A DNA stretch of 64,000 nucleotides from Octopus vulgaris (lineage: Eukaryota): the NCBI GenBank assembly GCA_951406725.2, contig OX597815.1:20832001-20896000 (forward strand), given 5' to 3'. This document shows positions 41,393 through 55,465 of this stretch, piece after piece. The first letter of the stretch is position 1, and each line of letters begins with the position of its first letter. Position numbers and translations under genes: made by a program. The notes beneath the pieces were generated by a model, which worked only from the letters and a program-made list of their open reading frames with translations, had not been told where the DNA came from and searched no databases.

Positions 41393-43921
41393 AATTGGTG
41401 ATAGTATTCACTCTGATATTTATTGCTTCCTGAGAAACAAATGGCTCAGCGATAGATTTGTACTCAAAATTGAGAATAATCTGCTACTCCTCTCTTTGCC
41501 TCCTTACTGCTGTAAGCATGAATAATGATTTCTAATAAAACCATAAATGTGTAGACTGTGTAATATAGCGGGCTATATCTGTCCGGGATTGGAACTCAGA
41601 GCATAAAAGTAAGCAACTAAATACCGCAAGGCGTTTTGGTCGACAACTCGCTGTCCACTGAACGTGTATAATACTGTTTTCTTAAATAGATCCAAAACTA
41701 CTGAACATAAGTGATACTAATAAATATGAAAAATAAAATATTTATAGCTGGGTAGATTTATGCTTGTCAGTAGAAAATAAATCCACGACAATGCAAACAA
41801 AAAAGAATACAGTTTACATTGAATTACTTCTGTTATAAAATTGTTATATCATTACTTTTGATTTATGGTTTGTCTGTTTTCCATAATTTTGACTTCTTTT
41901 GACAAGACCCAAAGTCTCATATTTATAGACAATATATTCTGCTATATTTATTATATTTTATTAATGATGTAGTGGAGTCAAGAGAGAATCGAAACCGGTC
42001 TGTCAATCACTTGTTATATTATTAAAAAGTAGTTAACCTTTCTTTTCTTTTAGAACTTTGAAAGTAATTGATTATCACAAGTAAATCAGAAAATCCTTTT
42101 AGAAAATCTTTTTAATATACAAATCAATCTGATGAAAGTAATATATGGATGCTAATATAAAATACATATAAATATGCCTGTGATAAGCTCCAAAAATCTA
42201 TACATAGATTTGTCGATAAACATGTAGAAAAATAAAAGTCAGAAAATGTCAGAAGTATTTCACAACATATCGAATAACAAATGGATATTTGGTATAGTAA
42301 AAGATGTAATTGCTAAAATGCATAGGATATGTGAATACAAAACTTCCAATAATATGGAAAACAAAAATATGCCACAAATATAACTGAACGTCTTAGAATT
42401 ATATTTCTTTAAATAAAATATACTTGTTGAACTGGGATTTATTTCAGTAATTCGTCGGCAATCTTAACGGAACCAATATAGAAATAAAGCATATAAGAAA
42501 AATTTAGTATATAGTTTGCTGTAGATGCAAGGACTGATGATTATATATATTTGTGCATAGAGTTGTTTGCAATATTTTCTTTTAATTATTTAATTAACTT
42601 TTGAATAAATATGTATTAAAAACACTTTGGAGAGTGCAACTATTCAACATTTTAAAACATTTTTTCCTTCAAATTCGAACATCAATTATATAAAGTAACA
42701 TTTTTAATCATAGATAAATGTCAGTATTAAGATAAAACAAATATTTTCTTGGATTATTTTAAGAACGAAAATATTTTTCATGCTGTTAAATTCAGATAGT
42801 TAAATTGTTCCATCCATATAAACATATCTGGAAATTTGCTAGCAAACTGCAAGCGTTTTGATTTCCCTAGAGACTCAACTAGTTGTACAAGTGCTCCAGA
42901 ATAAATTTTAGAAATTAGACGCTAAGTATATTACCAGGATGCAGTAAGGTTTTACATTTGAAGTTTCTCGTCGTCTGTGTTGCCAAAGAATCAACTGTTT
43001 TATCGTTAATATGTCAGGATGAATTTGGTTTTGTTCTCTTATTTGAAACTTTTAATTCTTAAATAGATATTACTTGATGTGTTTATCTAGATACTTAAGA
43101 ATGTATTTGCTGCATGCTACAATACTTCTTCACTCCACGAACACTGTAACTAAACAAAAGAAATTATTACTGATAGTAAGACAAATGCAGAAATCCCGCG
43201 GATTAATTTCCGGATTTGTATATATAATTTTATACAACCCATAATAATAAACTGTACAATAGTTCTGTGTTTATATCTGCGTATGTGCGCTTACTATTGA
43301 AAACAATACTGTATCCCATTTATAATAGGTTTAATTTTAATTGCATTGTTTCCGTGTGTAAATATTGTTTATATGTTGTCTACATTTCGCTAATTTTAAA
43401 CTAATTATGCTGTTGACATAATCTCATCTTATGTGTATTTAAAACATTGAAGCTCAAATGTGTACCGTTGATTGAATTCACTCTACATTCAACCGTGCAC
43501 TTCATTTTGCTGTACTATTCCAGTTCCTAATGAAGAAGGTTTAATATTTTACAACATTGAATTCAACGTCTATTATTGCATAGTTTTCACTCTGTTTTAT
43601 CTTGGATATTTTGCTTGAAAATATGTAAACAGAGGTGCCTTTCATTCGACTGTAAACACTAGATGCATTTTCTATTTTGTATACGGTCTTATTATTTTTG
43701 CTTTTTTTTTCTAATTTATACATTAAGAATCTCAACTAAAACCATACTAGAATATGAACGCGTTTTGGCGCTCCTTAGTCATTGCAATCTAGCTTTTGAC
43801 CCAGTAACACAGCCACGTAACACTTTAACATGTAAACTTCAAATGCTTGTCTCGTACGTCCCGCTGTTCTAAATCCTGCTTCATCTCAATGATTTATTTA
43901 TACATACATACATTTGTGTAT

Positions 43922-44134
43922 AAGAGTAAACAAGAGAGACAGAGATAGGCAGAAACAAGGAAAATGACACTTGTATTTGAACACTATACAAATATTCTTT
44001 AAAAAAAAATTTCTTTTAATTTTTCTAAATTTAATTGTTTAATTCTTACAGTTGGAAAAGTCTCAATGTCTGAAACCGGTACTGAAATGTTTTTTAGAAA
44101 ATTATTTTAGCATTTTCTATCTTGACTTTTTTCC

Positions 44135-44135
<1 letters not shown>
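43922..44135 (+). mobile_element. ~220-bp HHR-bearing short element, copy 2 (HHR 44049-44084)
   Basis: cag-TTGGAAA-AGTCtcaatGTCT-GAAA-CCGG-TA-ctg; ends in (TA)n. Confidence 0.75.
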
Positions 44136-44168
<33 letters not shown>

Positions 44169-44727
44169 GTATATATGTATATGTGTGTATGTATGCTTGT
44201 GTGTATGTATGACTGTGTGTATGTGTGTGTATGTGTGTATGTATGTATGTATGTATGTATGTATGTATGTATGTATGCATGTATGTATATCTTTATGAAA
44301 ACTCTTTGTGAGACTAATGTAATGTCGACTAGTCTTGCAGACCTACTTTTTTGTCGTATGGTCCGAATATGAGATGATCTTCTAATACTTATATCGTTCT
44401 CTTCATCGCTTGAGTGAGAGTTTATGTCTCGTGTGCGTTCAAGAAGTTGAGGAATAACAATGCATTGTTGTTTCTGCCTGTCATATTGATTTTGATTTGG
44501 TTACTGCAATCTTTGTCTGTGAAGCTCTTGCTCTGTCTGTCCTTGTACATAGATGTTCATTGTTATGACAATGATTGCATTTGTCATGAATTTTTCCACA
44601 CTGACTATGACTGACTATGTCGACCTCCCTTTCTGCCTGTTCAACAATGTCATAACTTATGTAAGGCAATTGTAAAAGCTGCAGAAGACTGGTGTACAAA
44701 ATGCCATGACGGTGCCGCTATCACTCC

Positions 44728-44955
44728 TATTTCGTTACTACCCACAAGGGGCTAAACACAGAGAGAACGAACAAGGACAGACACACGGATTAAGTCGATT
44801 ATATCGACCCAGTGCGTAACTGGTACTTATTTAATCGACCCCGAAAGATGAAAGGCAAAGTCAACCTCGGCGGAATTTGAATTAAGAACGTAACGGCAGA
44901 TGAAATACGGCTATGCATTTCGCCCAGCGTGCTAACGTTTCTGCCAACTCGCCGT
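44728..44955 (-). mobile_element. SINE type B with 10-bp TSD
   Basis: CTATCACTCC at 44718-44727 and 44956-44965. Confidence 0.93.
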
Positions 44956-45269
44956 CTATCACTCCATCAGCAGTGGAGAGTTCCAGCAAACAAATACATC
45001 CATTTGCGAACTTATTAAAGCGCATGCGAATCTAAGGATTCCTGTAAAATGACTTCCGGCACGTTTTCTTTCAGATCGTTCTTGAAACAAAACAAAAGTT
45101 CTTATCGGGCTTGTCCAGAATTTGTTTCAGTATTTCAAACATGTCTATATGTGATGAAACCTTATCCTACATGTGTCTTCCCATAAGATACTATAAATAG
45201 AAATTATTATACTTCCTTTTCTAAATACTTATAAATTACTCTAGAAATTCTCTAGAAATACTTATAAAT

Positions 45270-45642
45270 TCTCTAGAAAAACGACGTCGCCGTGGTGATC
45301 TCATTCTTGCTCACAACATCATAAGCGGAAAGTGTAACTTCTCGAAAGAGCTGTTCTTCACTCCTGCTCCAGAGCGTCGGCTGCGGGGTCACTCCGAAAA
45401 GCTCTATCTACGACGATTTCATCTCAATCGAAGGAGAGGGGCTTTCTCCGTCCGGGTTGCGGATCCGTGGAATAAGCTGCCGGACGAGATAGTGAAGATG
45501 CCGACGACCGCTCGGTTCAAAGTCTCTCTTGACCACAAATGGCCTGAACTCTTTGCATGAACACCCTCCCTGTACATAACTCCATGTGCCCCTACATGGC
45601 CTTGCTTTTTGCTTTTTGAGCCCAAAAATTAACTTAACTTAC
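45270..45642 (+). mobile_element. CR1-like LINE 3' end
   Basis: LEKRRRRGDLILAHNII..RLRGHSEKL..RRGAFSVRVADPWNKLP..FA*, 3' UTR and (TTAAC) tail. Confidence 0.93.
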
Positions 45643-45679
45643 TCCGCCGTGTACCTGACACATGGCAAGGATATTTATT

Positions 45680-45896
<217 letters not shown>

Positions 45897-46149
45897 GCGC
45901 ACGCGCCGTTGTGTACATATACATATACACTATTCTTTTAAGGCCGAAAATATTGACTTTGAACCAACATATGTAGATGTTAAAATTGCTAAAAACAAAT
46001 ACCGTCTTGTAAATCCTCTGATGACAATGATGCAATAGCAGCCGTGGTGTACAAATATGGAGGTGATGTACTTATGAATTATCTTTTAGATTCGTTCGTT
46101 TTGATTTCGAGGAATTATAAGTTTCCTGAGGAAACTGATCTATTTAAAC

Positions 46150-47550
46150 AAAAAATAGAAAAAAGAATTGTGCGGCAACCATCGGAGTATATCATTGTGG
46201 CGAACAAGATACTTGATCGAGTCCTCTACAGAATAAAAATTGACCTGGTAGATCCTGCTTTTCCTAAACCACAGTGTAGCTTTAGGGCTTGGGGAAGAAC
46301 AATAACTGTGATGTACTGATTGCAACAGATTGCAGAGAATGTATGTGAGAAGAGAAGTGAATTATTTATAGTCTTTGTTTGTTTATCAAAGGCTTTTAAC
46401 TCCGTCAACCTGCATTGTAATTAATCCTGAAGAAGACTGACTTTCCTAATAAGATATTCAGTGTTCTAACATCCTTCCATGAAAAGATAGAGGCTTCTGT
46501 TAAGTCAGATGATTCTTCATCAAATCATTTTCGTGTAAGGAATGGTACGAAACAAGGTTGCCTAGAGGTCTCAGTTTGTTTGCTATTTAAGTTTCTCTTA
46601 TGCTAGAATATGCTTTGAAAAATTTGATTAGTGGTGTTTTGTTTGAATTTAGAACATCAGGTGGCATCTTCAACCACCAAAAATTTAAGGTGAGGGCCCT
46701 TACTAGGAGAAAAATGTTTACAGATGATGCAGATCTAGAAGCTAAGTCTTTCCGGGAAGCATAAGAAGTCTTGAGACTGTTTCTTTCAGCGGCAAAGCGT
46801 TTGACAATAAGTGTGAAATGACAGAAGTCATACACCAGCTAAAACTAAAACACATACCTAAATAAGTGGCATGACACTACCTAGGCCTCAATATAGTGCA
46901 CTATCACGTCAAATTCTTGTAGACAACAAGCCTCTAAAGTATATGAAATCCTTCCAATACTTAGGGAGTAAAATCAGTTAGAGCCCTTCTTTGTATGATG
47001 AAATAGTAGACTGAATTGTCAAGGTTAATAATGCTTTTGGAAAATAGCGAGCAACGATGTGAAATGAGAGCTGATGAAGTTTGAAACCGAAATCTCAGTT
47101 TAGCACGGAACTGTCGTCTCACCATTGCCGTATGGTGTGAATCATGGACATACTTTCCAGAAGAGATGTTTTAGAAACATCTGCGGTTTCACATAGAAGG
47201 ACAAAGTCTCTAATGAACAGTTGTTTCATAAATGTGATATACAAAGTAAAGTATCCTTCTTCATTCGTGCAGTTTCAATTACGATGAGCTGACCATGTTT
47301 CTAGGATGAAGGATGAGAGACTGAGAAAATTCTGGCTTACAGCGAACTTCAGGCGAGTGTACAGAATGTAAGAAGACCTCTTCTTAGATATAAGGATAAG
47401 CTGAAGAATAATGTCAACCATATTTGAATAAAAACATCAGAATTTGAAGAATGTGTTGCTGGCCGTAATAAATGGAGGGAAATCTGTGAAAATGCAATCA
47501 GGAGACGTATCTACGCAAGCATTAAGCGCCTAGGTGATCAAAGGCAAGGT
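46150..47550 (+). mobile_element. Degenerate RTE-like LINE (RT to C-terminus)
   Basis: PQCSFRA, FIVFVCLSKAFNSV, NGTKQGC, MFTDD, FQYLGS, RRPLLRYKDKLK; many stops. Confidence 0.88.
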
Positions 47551-47778
47551 TAAAAGAATGAAGTTTTCTTTCAACATTTATGCGTGAAGGATGTGGTCTT
47601 CTTTGCGAGAACAAAGCAGGTGTAGTGCCTCATAGAAGACACAAACGCTAAAATGTAGAGTAATAAAAGAAAAGTAAAATTCTTTGGCTTTCATGTGTCG
47701 GACACGACAAGAGAGTCCATTATATATACATACGGACATCCATACATACATATGTAGATACATACACATATACATATA

Positions 47779-49463
47779 TATTTGTAGGGTAATATATGGA
47801 TTCATAAAATCGTATGGCTATCACTGAAAACTCCTCTGGTGCACTCGGTTAGCGGACCACATAATAATCCAATACAAAAGGATGTAATGCGGAGTACTGT
47901 GTAGCTGAAATCAAGGAGATCCGAGATAGTTTCGAACAACAATAATTCTCAGACAGGGAAAAAACATCAAAAGACCACACAAAAAAGCTTATGGATCTTA
48001 ATTTAATCACATGTTCTAACTATGCCTCAAAATACTTTCTCAATGAATTATGGTGAAATCAAAACATTATTCACTTCTGGAAAGTATTTAACTGTGTAAA
48101 ATGTTTTCAATATAATATCAGTGCTTCACACAATACGGCAATAGTGAGACGATAGCTCCGCGGTAAACTGAGATTTCGGTTTCAAACATGTACGAAAAGG
48201 CATAGACCACACTTAAACAGCTGTATACTCTTATACCCATTATTATAAATACAGGCCCCACAAGGACACGAACATTAGCACACAAATAGACACACATACA
48301 CACAAACACACATGTATATATAGATACACGCTCATATATACATACACATCCGTGCACACATCACACACGCGCATATATATATATATGTACTCAGATATAC
48401 TCTTTTACTTGTTTCAGTGGACATGCTGGAGCACTGCTTTTAGTCGAACAAATCTTCCCCAGGATTTATTCTTTGTAAGCTTGTACTTATTCTATCGATC
48501 TTTTGCAGAACCGCTAATTTACGGGGATGTAAACACACCAACATCGGTTGTCAAGTGATGGGGGAGGCAAACAGACACACATACAAATATACACACACAC
48601 AAATATACACACACACATACATACATACATACATACATACATACATACATACATACATACATACATACATACATACATACATACATACATACATACATAC
48701 ATACATACATACATACATACATACATACGACGGGCTTCTTTCAGTTTCTGTTTACCAAATCCATTAACAAGGCTTTGGTCGGGCCGAAGCTATAGTAGAA
48801 GACACTGGCCCAAGGTACCACGCAGTGGGACTGAACCCGAAGCCATGTGGTTGGGAAGCAAGCTTCTTACCACACAACCATGCTGCACCTGTGTAAAGAT
48901 TTTATATATAAATGAACATAGGTACAACAATGTAAATGCAAACACACATGCCTATTTAAATATACATATTTAGGTGTACTTCTATACACATGTGTGTTTA
49001 TGTGTGTGTGTGTGTGTGTGTGTCTGTCTGTCTGTCGGTTTGTCTGTATGTTTGTGTGTGTGTGTGTGTCTATGTATGTATTTGCACGCGTGTGTATGTA
49101 TCATAATTGTTTCTCAAGACACTTGTTGTGCAATTGCGTGTTGAAATAGATGTTGTTGCATCTTGAGAGGGTCACATAGCCTAGACGAAAAACACTGATT
49201 CTATTTCACTTCTTTTTCTTATTAATCAAGCAACTAACTAATTTACCAATAATATAATTGATTGTTTGATGAATTAATCAGCTGAATATTTCTTTGTCAT
49301 CTCATCAACGAAACACACTCATTACTCCAGACCTACTCCACACAGTACTCAGTATTACATTCCTTTGTATTGGATTCCTATGTGGTCTGCTAACCGAGTG
49401 CGCCAGAGGAGCTTTCTGTGATAGCCATACGATTTTATGACTCCATATATTACCCTACAAATA
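47779..49463. repeat. Pair of 124-bp inverted repeats (47779-47902 and 49340-49463)
   Basis: TATTTGTAGGGTAATATATGGA(T/G)TCATAAAATCGTATGGCTATCAC.. at both outer ends. Confidence 0.85.
48399..48890 (-). mobile_element. SINE type A, near full length, with expanded (TATG)n
   Basis: Head at 48890, tail at 48399. Confidence 0.9.
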
Positions 49464-49639
49464 TATATGTATATGTGTTTGTATGTATGTACGTATGTAT
49501 ATATGGACTCTGAAATTTTAGAGTGAAATGGAACCAGTTTGAATGTTTCATGCTGTCAAAATATTTTCCCAAGTTACAGTACACAGACACGTACACACAC
49601 ACACATACTCGCATACATGCGCACACAACACAGACACAC

Positions 49640-49642
<3 letters not shown>

Positions 49643-49672
<30 letters not shown>

Positions 49673-50122
49673 TGTATGTATGTATGTATGTATGTATGTA
49701 TGTATGCATGTATGTATGTATGTATGTATGTATGTATGTATGCATGCATGTATGTATGTATGTATGTATGTATGTATGTATGCATGTATGTATGTATGTA
49801 TGTATGTATGTATGTATGTATGTATGCATGTATGTATGCATGCATGTATGTATGCATGTATGTATGTATGTATGTATGTAAGTATGTATGCATGCATGTA
49901 TGTATGTATGTATGTATGTATGTACGTATGCATGTATGCATGTATGTATGTATGTATGTATGTATGTATGCATGTATGTATGTATGTATGTATGTATGTA
50001 TGTATGTATGCATGTATGTATGTATGTATGTATGCATGTATGTATGTATGTATGTATGTATGTATGTATGTATGTATGTATGTATGTATGTATGTATGTA
50101 TGTATGTATGCATGCATGTATG

Positions 50123-50156
<34 letters not shown>

Positions 50157-50174
50157 TGTATGTATGTATGTATG
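49643..50174. repeat. (TATG)n with CATG variants, about 530 bp
   Basis: Direct inspection; source of the 190-267 aa ORFs. Confidence 0.98.
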
Positions 50175-50352
50175 GATGTAGGCATGGTAAAGTAAGAGTT
50201 GTAAAGTATATTAAAATGACACTCTACTCCACCTCAGACCAGTCTGTTGATGACAGTATAAACAGCCGGGCATGGAGTGAAACTCAGAGTACATTGCCAA
50301 ACTATACGTTTATAGGGTTGTACTGAGAAAAAAGAATACTTAGTGTGAGGAA

Positions 50353-50569
50353 GGCGGCGAGCTGGCAGAATCGTTAGCACGCCAAGCAAAATGCTAAGCG
50401 GCGTTTCGTCCGTCTTTACGTTCTGGATTCAAATGCCAACTGGTCCACTATACCTTTCATCATTGTGGAATCGACAAAAAAGAAGTACTGATTGAGCTCA
50501 GAATCGACATAATCGACTTAGCCCCTTCTCTGAAATTGCTGGCCTTGTCCTAAAATTTGAATCAAATGT
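50353..50569 (+). mobile_element. SINE type B with 13-bp TSD
   Basis: TTAGTGTGAGGAA at 50340-50352 and 50570-50582. Confidence 0.92.
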
Positions 50570-50595
50570 TTAGTGTGAGGAATTGTTTATTTATA

Positions 50596-50994
50596 GAAAT
50601 ATTAAAATTTCTAAGTCTCTCTAAAGGAGTACTGGAAATTAACAGTTATCGCCAAGCTAATATGGCAGTCCATAAATATAAGACTAAAGCTGCTGTTGAT
50701 TAACTCCAAGAGGCCATCGCCTCTAGCTAGCTATATGACACACGAACCTGTGTCCATTATAACCTTCGAATAGGGAAATTCAGCCGCTTCCCCTTGCTGG
50801 TCAGGCATCTGCAGACATGTTTCAGAGTATTTGTCCTTTATCAATGCAGAATAGCCAGACCCTTTTCGAAGGTTATAATGGACACAGGTTCGTGTGTCCT
50901 ATAGCTAGCTAGAGGCGATGGCCTCTTGGAGCTAATCAACGGCAACTTTAGTCTTATATTTATGGACTGCCATATTAGCTTGGCGATAACTGTT
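50596..50994. mobile_element. Foldback element: 139-bp inverted arms, central hammerhead, 15-bp TSD
   Basis: Arms 50637-50775 and 50860-50998; TSD AATTGTTTATTTATA at 50581-50595 and 50995-51009. Confidence 0.9.
50809..50849 (-). ncRNA. Type-I minimal hammerhead ribozyme, U3-A8 core variant
   Basis: Minus strand ctgca-TTGATAA-AGGacaaatacTCT-GAAA-CATG-TC-tgcag; GUC triplet. Confidence 0.72.
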
Positions 50995-51942
50995 AATTGT
51001 TTATTTATATGCTATTAAATCGGGTACAGTTGATCATATAAGTAAAACATAGAGCTGAAAGTTAGATTTGTGTAGTAGTTCATATGTCTACTATACAATC
51101 TTTTGTTCAAAAGCGGTTGATGAGATGAATGATCACAAAAACATGAAGATGGCGAAAGAGGTGACTTGTAAATATTTCATAATTTCTTTGTGCAGAACAT
51201 TTTAGATCTAGTCTTCCCAAATTTTCAAATTCACGGAGCATAAAGATACAGCAATGACTATGTGCTGACTTGTGCAATTTCAGCGATGATAGATGGAGCT
51301 TAGATGAACTAGGTGCAAGTTGCCTACTTTTATGAATTCCTATCAGTCTCATATGTTTTACGAATGTCGATCGGTTTGTGTGTTGGGTTATAATTATGTG
51401 TAGGTGTTACACACGCAGAACATTTGCAGACATATATTACAAATTAAGCATAATCATAGAATAATTTCATAAATATAATTGGGTATTCATAACAAATAAC
51501 AGTAACCAAATTAGCTTAAAGACATATCAGTAAAAAAAAGTTTGAAATTAATAATTAATAATGCATATAATTGTATGAAACGTCCAGGTATTCAAAACCA
51601 CTCTGATCATAACTTCGTCTTACTTATCCTTTCCTACCTTTCTCTCTTTGCCATAAGCTTCATTCTTTCTTTTAGCTCCTCTTTCCCCTATTTTCTTTGG
51701 ATTTACGGAAAAGCATTCTATTGTTTTAGCGAGATACACTTTGCTTCGAATCTGATATTACTTATATAATGCACGCATTCAGATTATATGTCAAGCTAGC
51801 TCTATATCTTAAGCGAAATAATCGCGTTAGGTTTAGCTTTTCACTTGATTCTACGTTGAATGTTTTCACTTTTATTTTCAGAAAATCTTTTATTTTGCTT
51901 TTTTTATTAACTATTTCTTTTTGTTACATGTAAAACTGGCAA

Positions 51943-51990
51943 TTTTTTTCTTTATTTTATCTTATTCCTCTCTCTGTTTGCAGGTAAGAT
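51943..51990 (+). promoter_or_regulatory. Candidate recursive splice site (AG|GT at 51983/51984)
   Basis: About 38-nt pyrimidine-rich tract and TTGCAG immediately followed by GTAAGA. Confidence 0.45.
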
Positions 51991-54150
51991 ATTCATATAT
52001 TCATATATACCTGGTTATTTTACTTGTTTCTTTATTTTTGCTTGTCTGTTTTGTTTGCTTATCAAAGGTTTTTGCTTTTATGTTTTTAATTTTTCACTTT
52101 ATATACATTATGTTCCTTATCTACATGAAGATTGGTTTGTTTTGTTTTTTGTTTTAAATTTCGGTAAATTTAAAGATTACAAAGTAGATAAAGCTTATCA
52201 TTCAGGAATGATCTAATTTGCCGTAGGTCAAGAATAATACTCTGTATATGTGGGAGAAGAGAAGTACTGTATTGTAGAACTGCTCTGAGATCGTATACAA
52301 TGAACATAGAGTGTGAAGAACATGTGGCAGAATAAACTATTAGTGAGTTTTCGATATTGCTTCGCTTCAGTCGTTGATTTGCAACGGTTTTTTAACGAAA
52401 TGTTAACGGTAACAGCCTTACCTGTGTCTGAAGCACAGCAATGATAATGAGCTCGGCCAGTTCCTCTTGACCAAACTAATAAACCAAATATTATTGTTGT
52501 CTATCGCCAAGGCAGCGCTGATCGAAAAGACCAATGATCAACGATATGCCAGCTACGATAAAGATGACCCCGCTTTCTTACAAGCATGTGTGTGTGTGCA
52601 TTATTTTTCTTTGAGTTTAATTTAGGGGCCTACTCTTTCTGTAAATGTTGCTGTTGCCTCCAAGCTTACAGGAGATGTACCCATACATTGCTTTTTATTG
52701 GTGTGATGCCTACTTTTCCTCCAAGCTTCTACTTAGGTAGGCCGTTCCGGACTCCTTTGGTTCGCACGGGACAGATGTATTCTCATAGCTCTGCAACTCT
52801 GACGATGTTGTTACTCTCACCTTTGAGTGTGTATGGAATATACTCATTGTATGTACGTATGTTTGTATGTATGTATGTATGTATGTATGTATGTATGTAT
52901 GTATGTATGTATGTATGTATGTATGTATGTATGTATGCATGTATGTATGTATTTATGTATGTATGAACGGACGTACGTATGCATAAGTATAGGTGTGTGT
53001 GCGTGTGTGTGTTACTGTTATATAAGTAATTTTTTTTTCAAGATGGTTGATTGTTATTTCTAATAGATCGATGTACCAAGTATACTGTCTCTCGTTGGTT
53101 CGTCCACATATTTATGTTGCTGTTATTGCATTTATTGTGGTAGAGGATATGACTAAATTGTGAAGTCTGAGACGCCTTCGACCATAAGTTTGCACTTTTA
53201 GAGCTGAGCAAAGTAAACAACAAGAATGACAAAATATTGGTATACACTTTACACACCACACACAGAGTACTTCATGTTTGAGTTCTGTTCGTGTGGATAT
53301 CATGCACATTATTCAATAAATGGTTAGTATTGGTAAATTCAACTTAAGGTGAGTAGGTATTTTCTCAACGTACTCTTAATCCTATATATTTTGTTTTCAA
53401 ATCAAATCACAGATTACTATCGGGAATTTCGTAGCTTTAATCAACGAGTTTTGACGTATGATTCTAAATACTTATGTTTGCTTAATTAATGAATGTCTGG
53501 TGAAATTTGGTCGAAATAGAAGCGTACTAGACTAAGTGTAGCTTCAGGTCACCGCTGGTTCATTAGTACCGTACATTACAGAGAACTAATTCACTTTTCT
53601 TAATGTTTAACTAATGTTTAAGTGGAATCTTGTCCTAATTCGCCTGTGAAATTCATTTTTCCGACGGTATCTATACCAGTAATATATAGCGTTCAATTCA
53701 GTATACTGTACCTTTTCCCTGTACAGCTTAGCCTTGTGCCCGATCAAAAGGAGCTACTATAGTACCAATTCTAATTGATGTGCATGATTAATAGAAATAC
53801 CATTCATTAACCTCAGTATAATGAACTGGAGTGGTTGTAAAATGAGACGTCATCAATGTCTGGTCGATTTACCATTACCAGATAAGTGAACCTTTGATTT
53901 GTAAACAGTATTACATGGTTGCGAGCGAAATTATCACTTATAAAGTTCTATAGCAAGTCCTTTCACAATAATTTCTTCAGCATAAAATGATTTTCATTAC
54001 CTAAAATCTCCTCTAACATTAAATACTGTTACGTTTTTCTCTCACCGCTTCTTTTCACCTTCGCAAATATTTTAGGCGTTCAAAGCTGCAAATTGCACAC
54101 AAGGGTACTGTGATGAAAAGTAAGTACTTTCGCATCCTTATTATCATTAC

Positions 54151-54216
<66 letters not shown>

Positions 54217-55153
54217 TTATCTATCTTCCAGCAATTGTGCCATAAAACAATCACTTCCTTTTTTATATATATTTTTTCAATGCCAGGCTCCCTTTATATA
54301 TTGGTAAATTTGATTACTTTAAATTCTTACGTTGTTATTGATAAATACATTCAACATAACCTGAAGGGTACATTTCTGTGAATAAGTAAATACATATAAG
54401 CATAAGGGCATTGTTTTGTTTTTTATTTTTTTAGTTTTTCGCTTCTGTGTTCATTGACATCATATAAGATCGTTGTTGTTTTTTTTTTGAGAAATATTTT
54501 TTAGGTTTTTTTTTTTTATTTTATCTGACGTGTCTTTTTTTTTTTTTTTTTACATTCTACCGCTGCCCCAGCGAATTCTGCCTTCACCCATAATTTGTCA
54601 TTTGCTAATTGGGTCACTTCAAAAGAATTCATTAAGTGATGCCTTTCTATAAATATTTCATCAAGTTATACTTCCCGATCAGTGACCTTCACGGAAGTTT
54701 CAATAGACAAAGACAACCAAGCACTCACTCGTTTTATAACTGCGTCGATAATTCACAAAACTTAGAAGCGAAAAGAGAAAAAATCGGATGAAATGATCAC
54801 ATAAAAAATAATAAAAATTCTTTATATTGCTCTTTTTATTTATTTATTTTGTTTCGGCTGCAATATCTTATTGTTCCTATTGTACAAACATATTTCATTG
54901 TATTTAGACGCGCCTGCGCACATGAACCAACCCTCTTCTTTATGCCTTTCTTTCTTTTTTTTTTCTTTTCTTTGATTCTCTCCTTTTCCTTTTACACTTG
55001 GTCGTTTCTTTCCTCCCATTTCCTGTTTCCTCCAGTTTTCATTTCCACTCCCCATCTCTTTTATGTAGTATATACACAAATACACGCAATCAAACATCTA
55101 TATGTGTAGTATATCTAATGTATATGTATGTGATGTGCGCATGTACTTGTGCA

Positions 55154-55219
<66 letters not shown>

Positions 55220-55402
55220 CATGCATACATACATACATACATACATACACACATACATGTATGTATATATATATAATATACAACACGCACTTAAATGTAC
55301 ATACCTGTATACATACACTCACAGACACACACACATATACTTACATATATATATATATATATACATATATACATATATATATACATATATATATATATAT
55401 AC

Positions 55403-55465
<63 letters not shown>

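Noticed and set aside
41988-42006. GAAACCGGTC half-hammerhead (similar on the minus strand near 60552)
   Set aside because: No CUGANGA strand or helix I partner; at most a truncated remnant
47066-47097. CTGATGA...GAAATC motif
   Set aside because: Lies inside decayed RTE coding sequence and the helices are poor
49450-50326. Long ORFs (up to 267 aa) and similar YI, CV, HT, poly-L and poly-M ORFs across the window
   Set aside because: Translations of stop-free microsatellites
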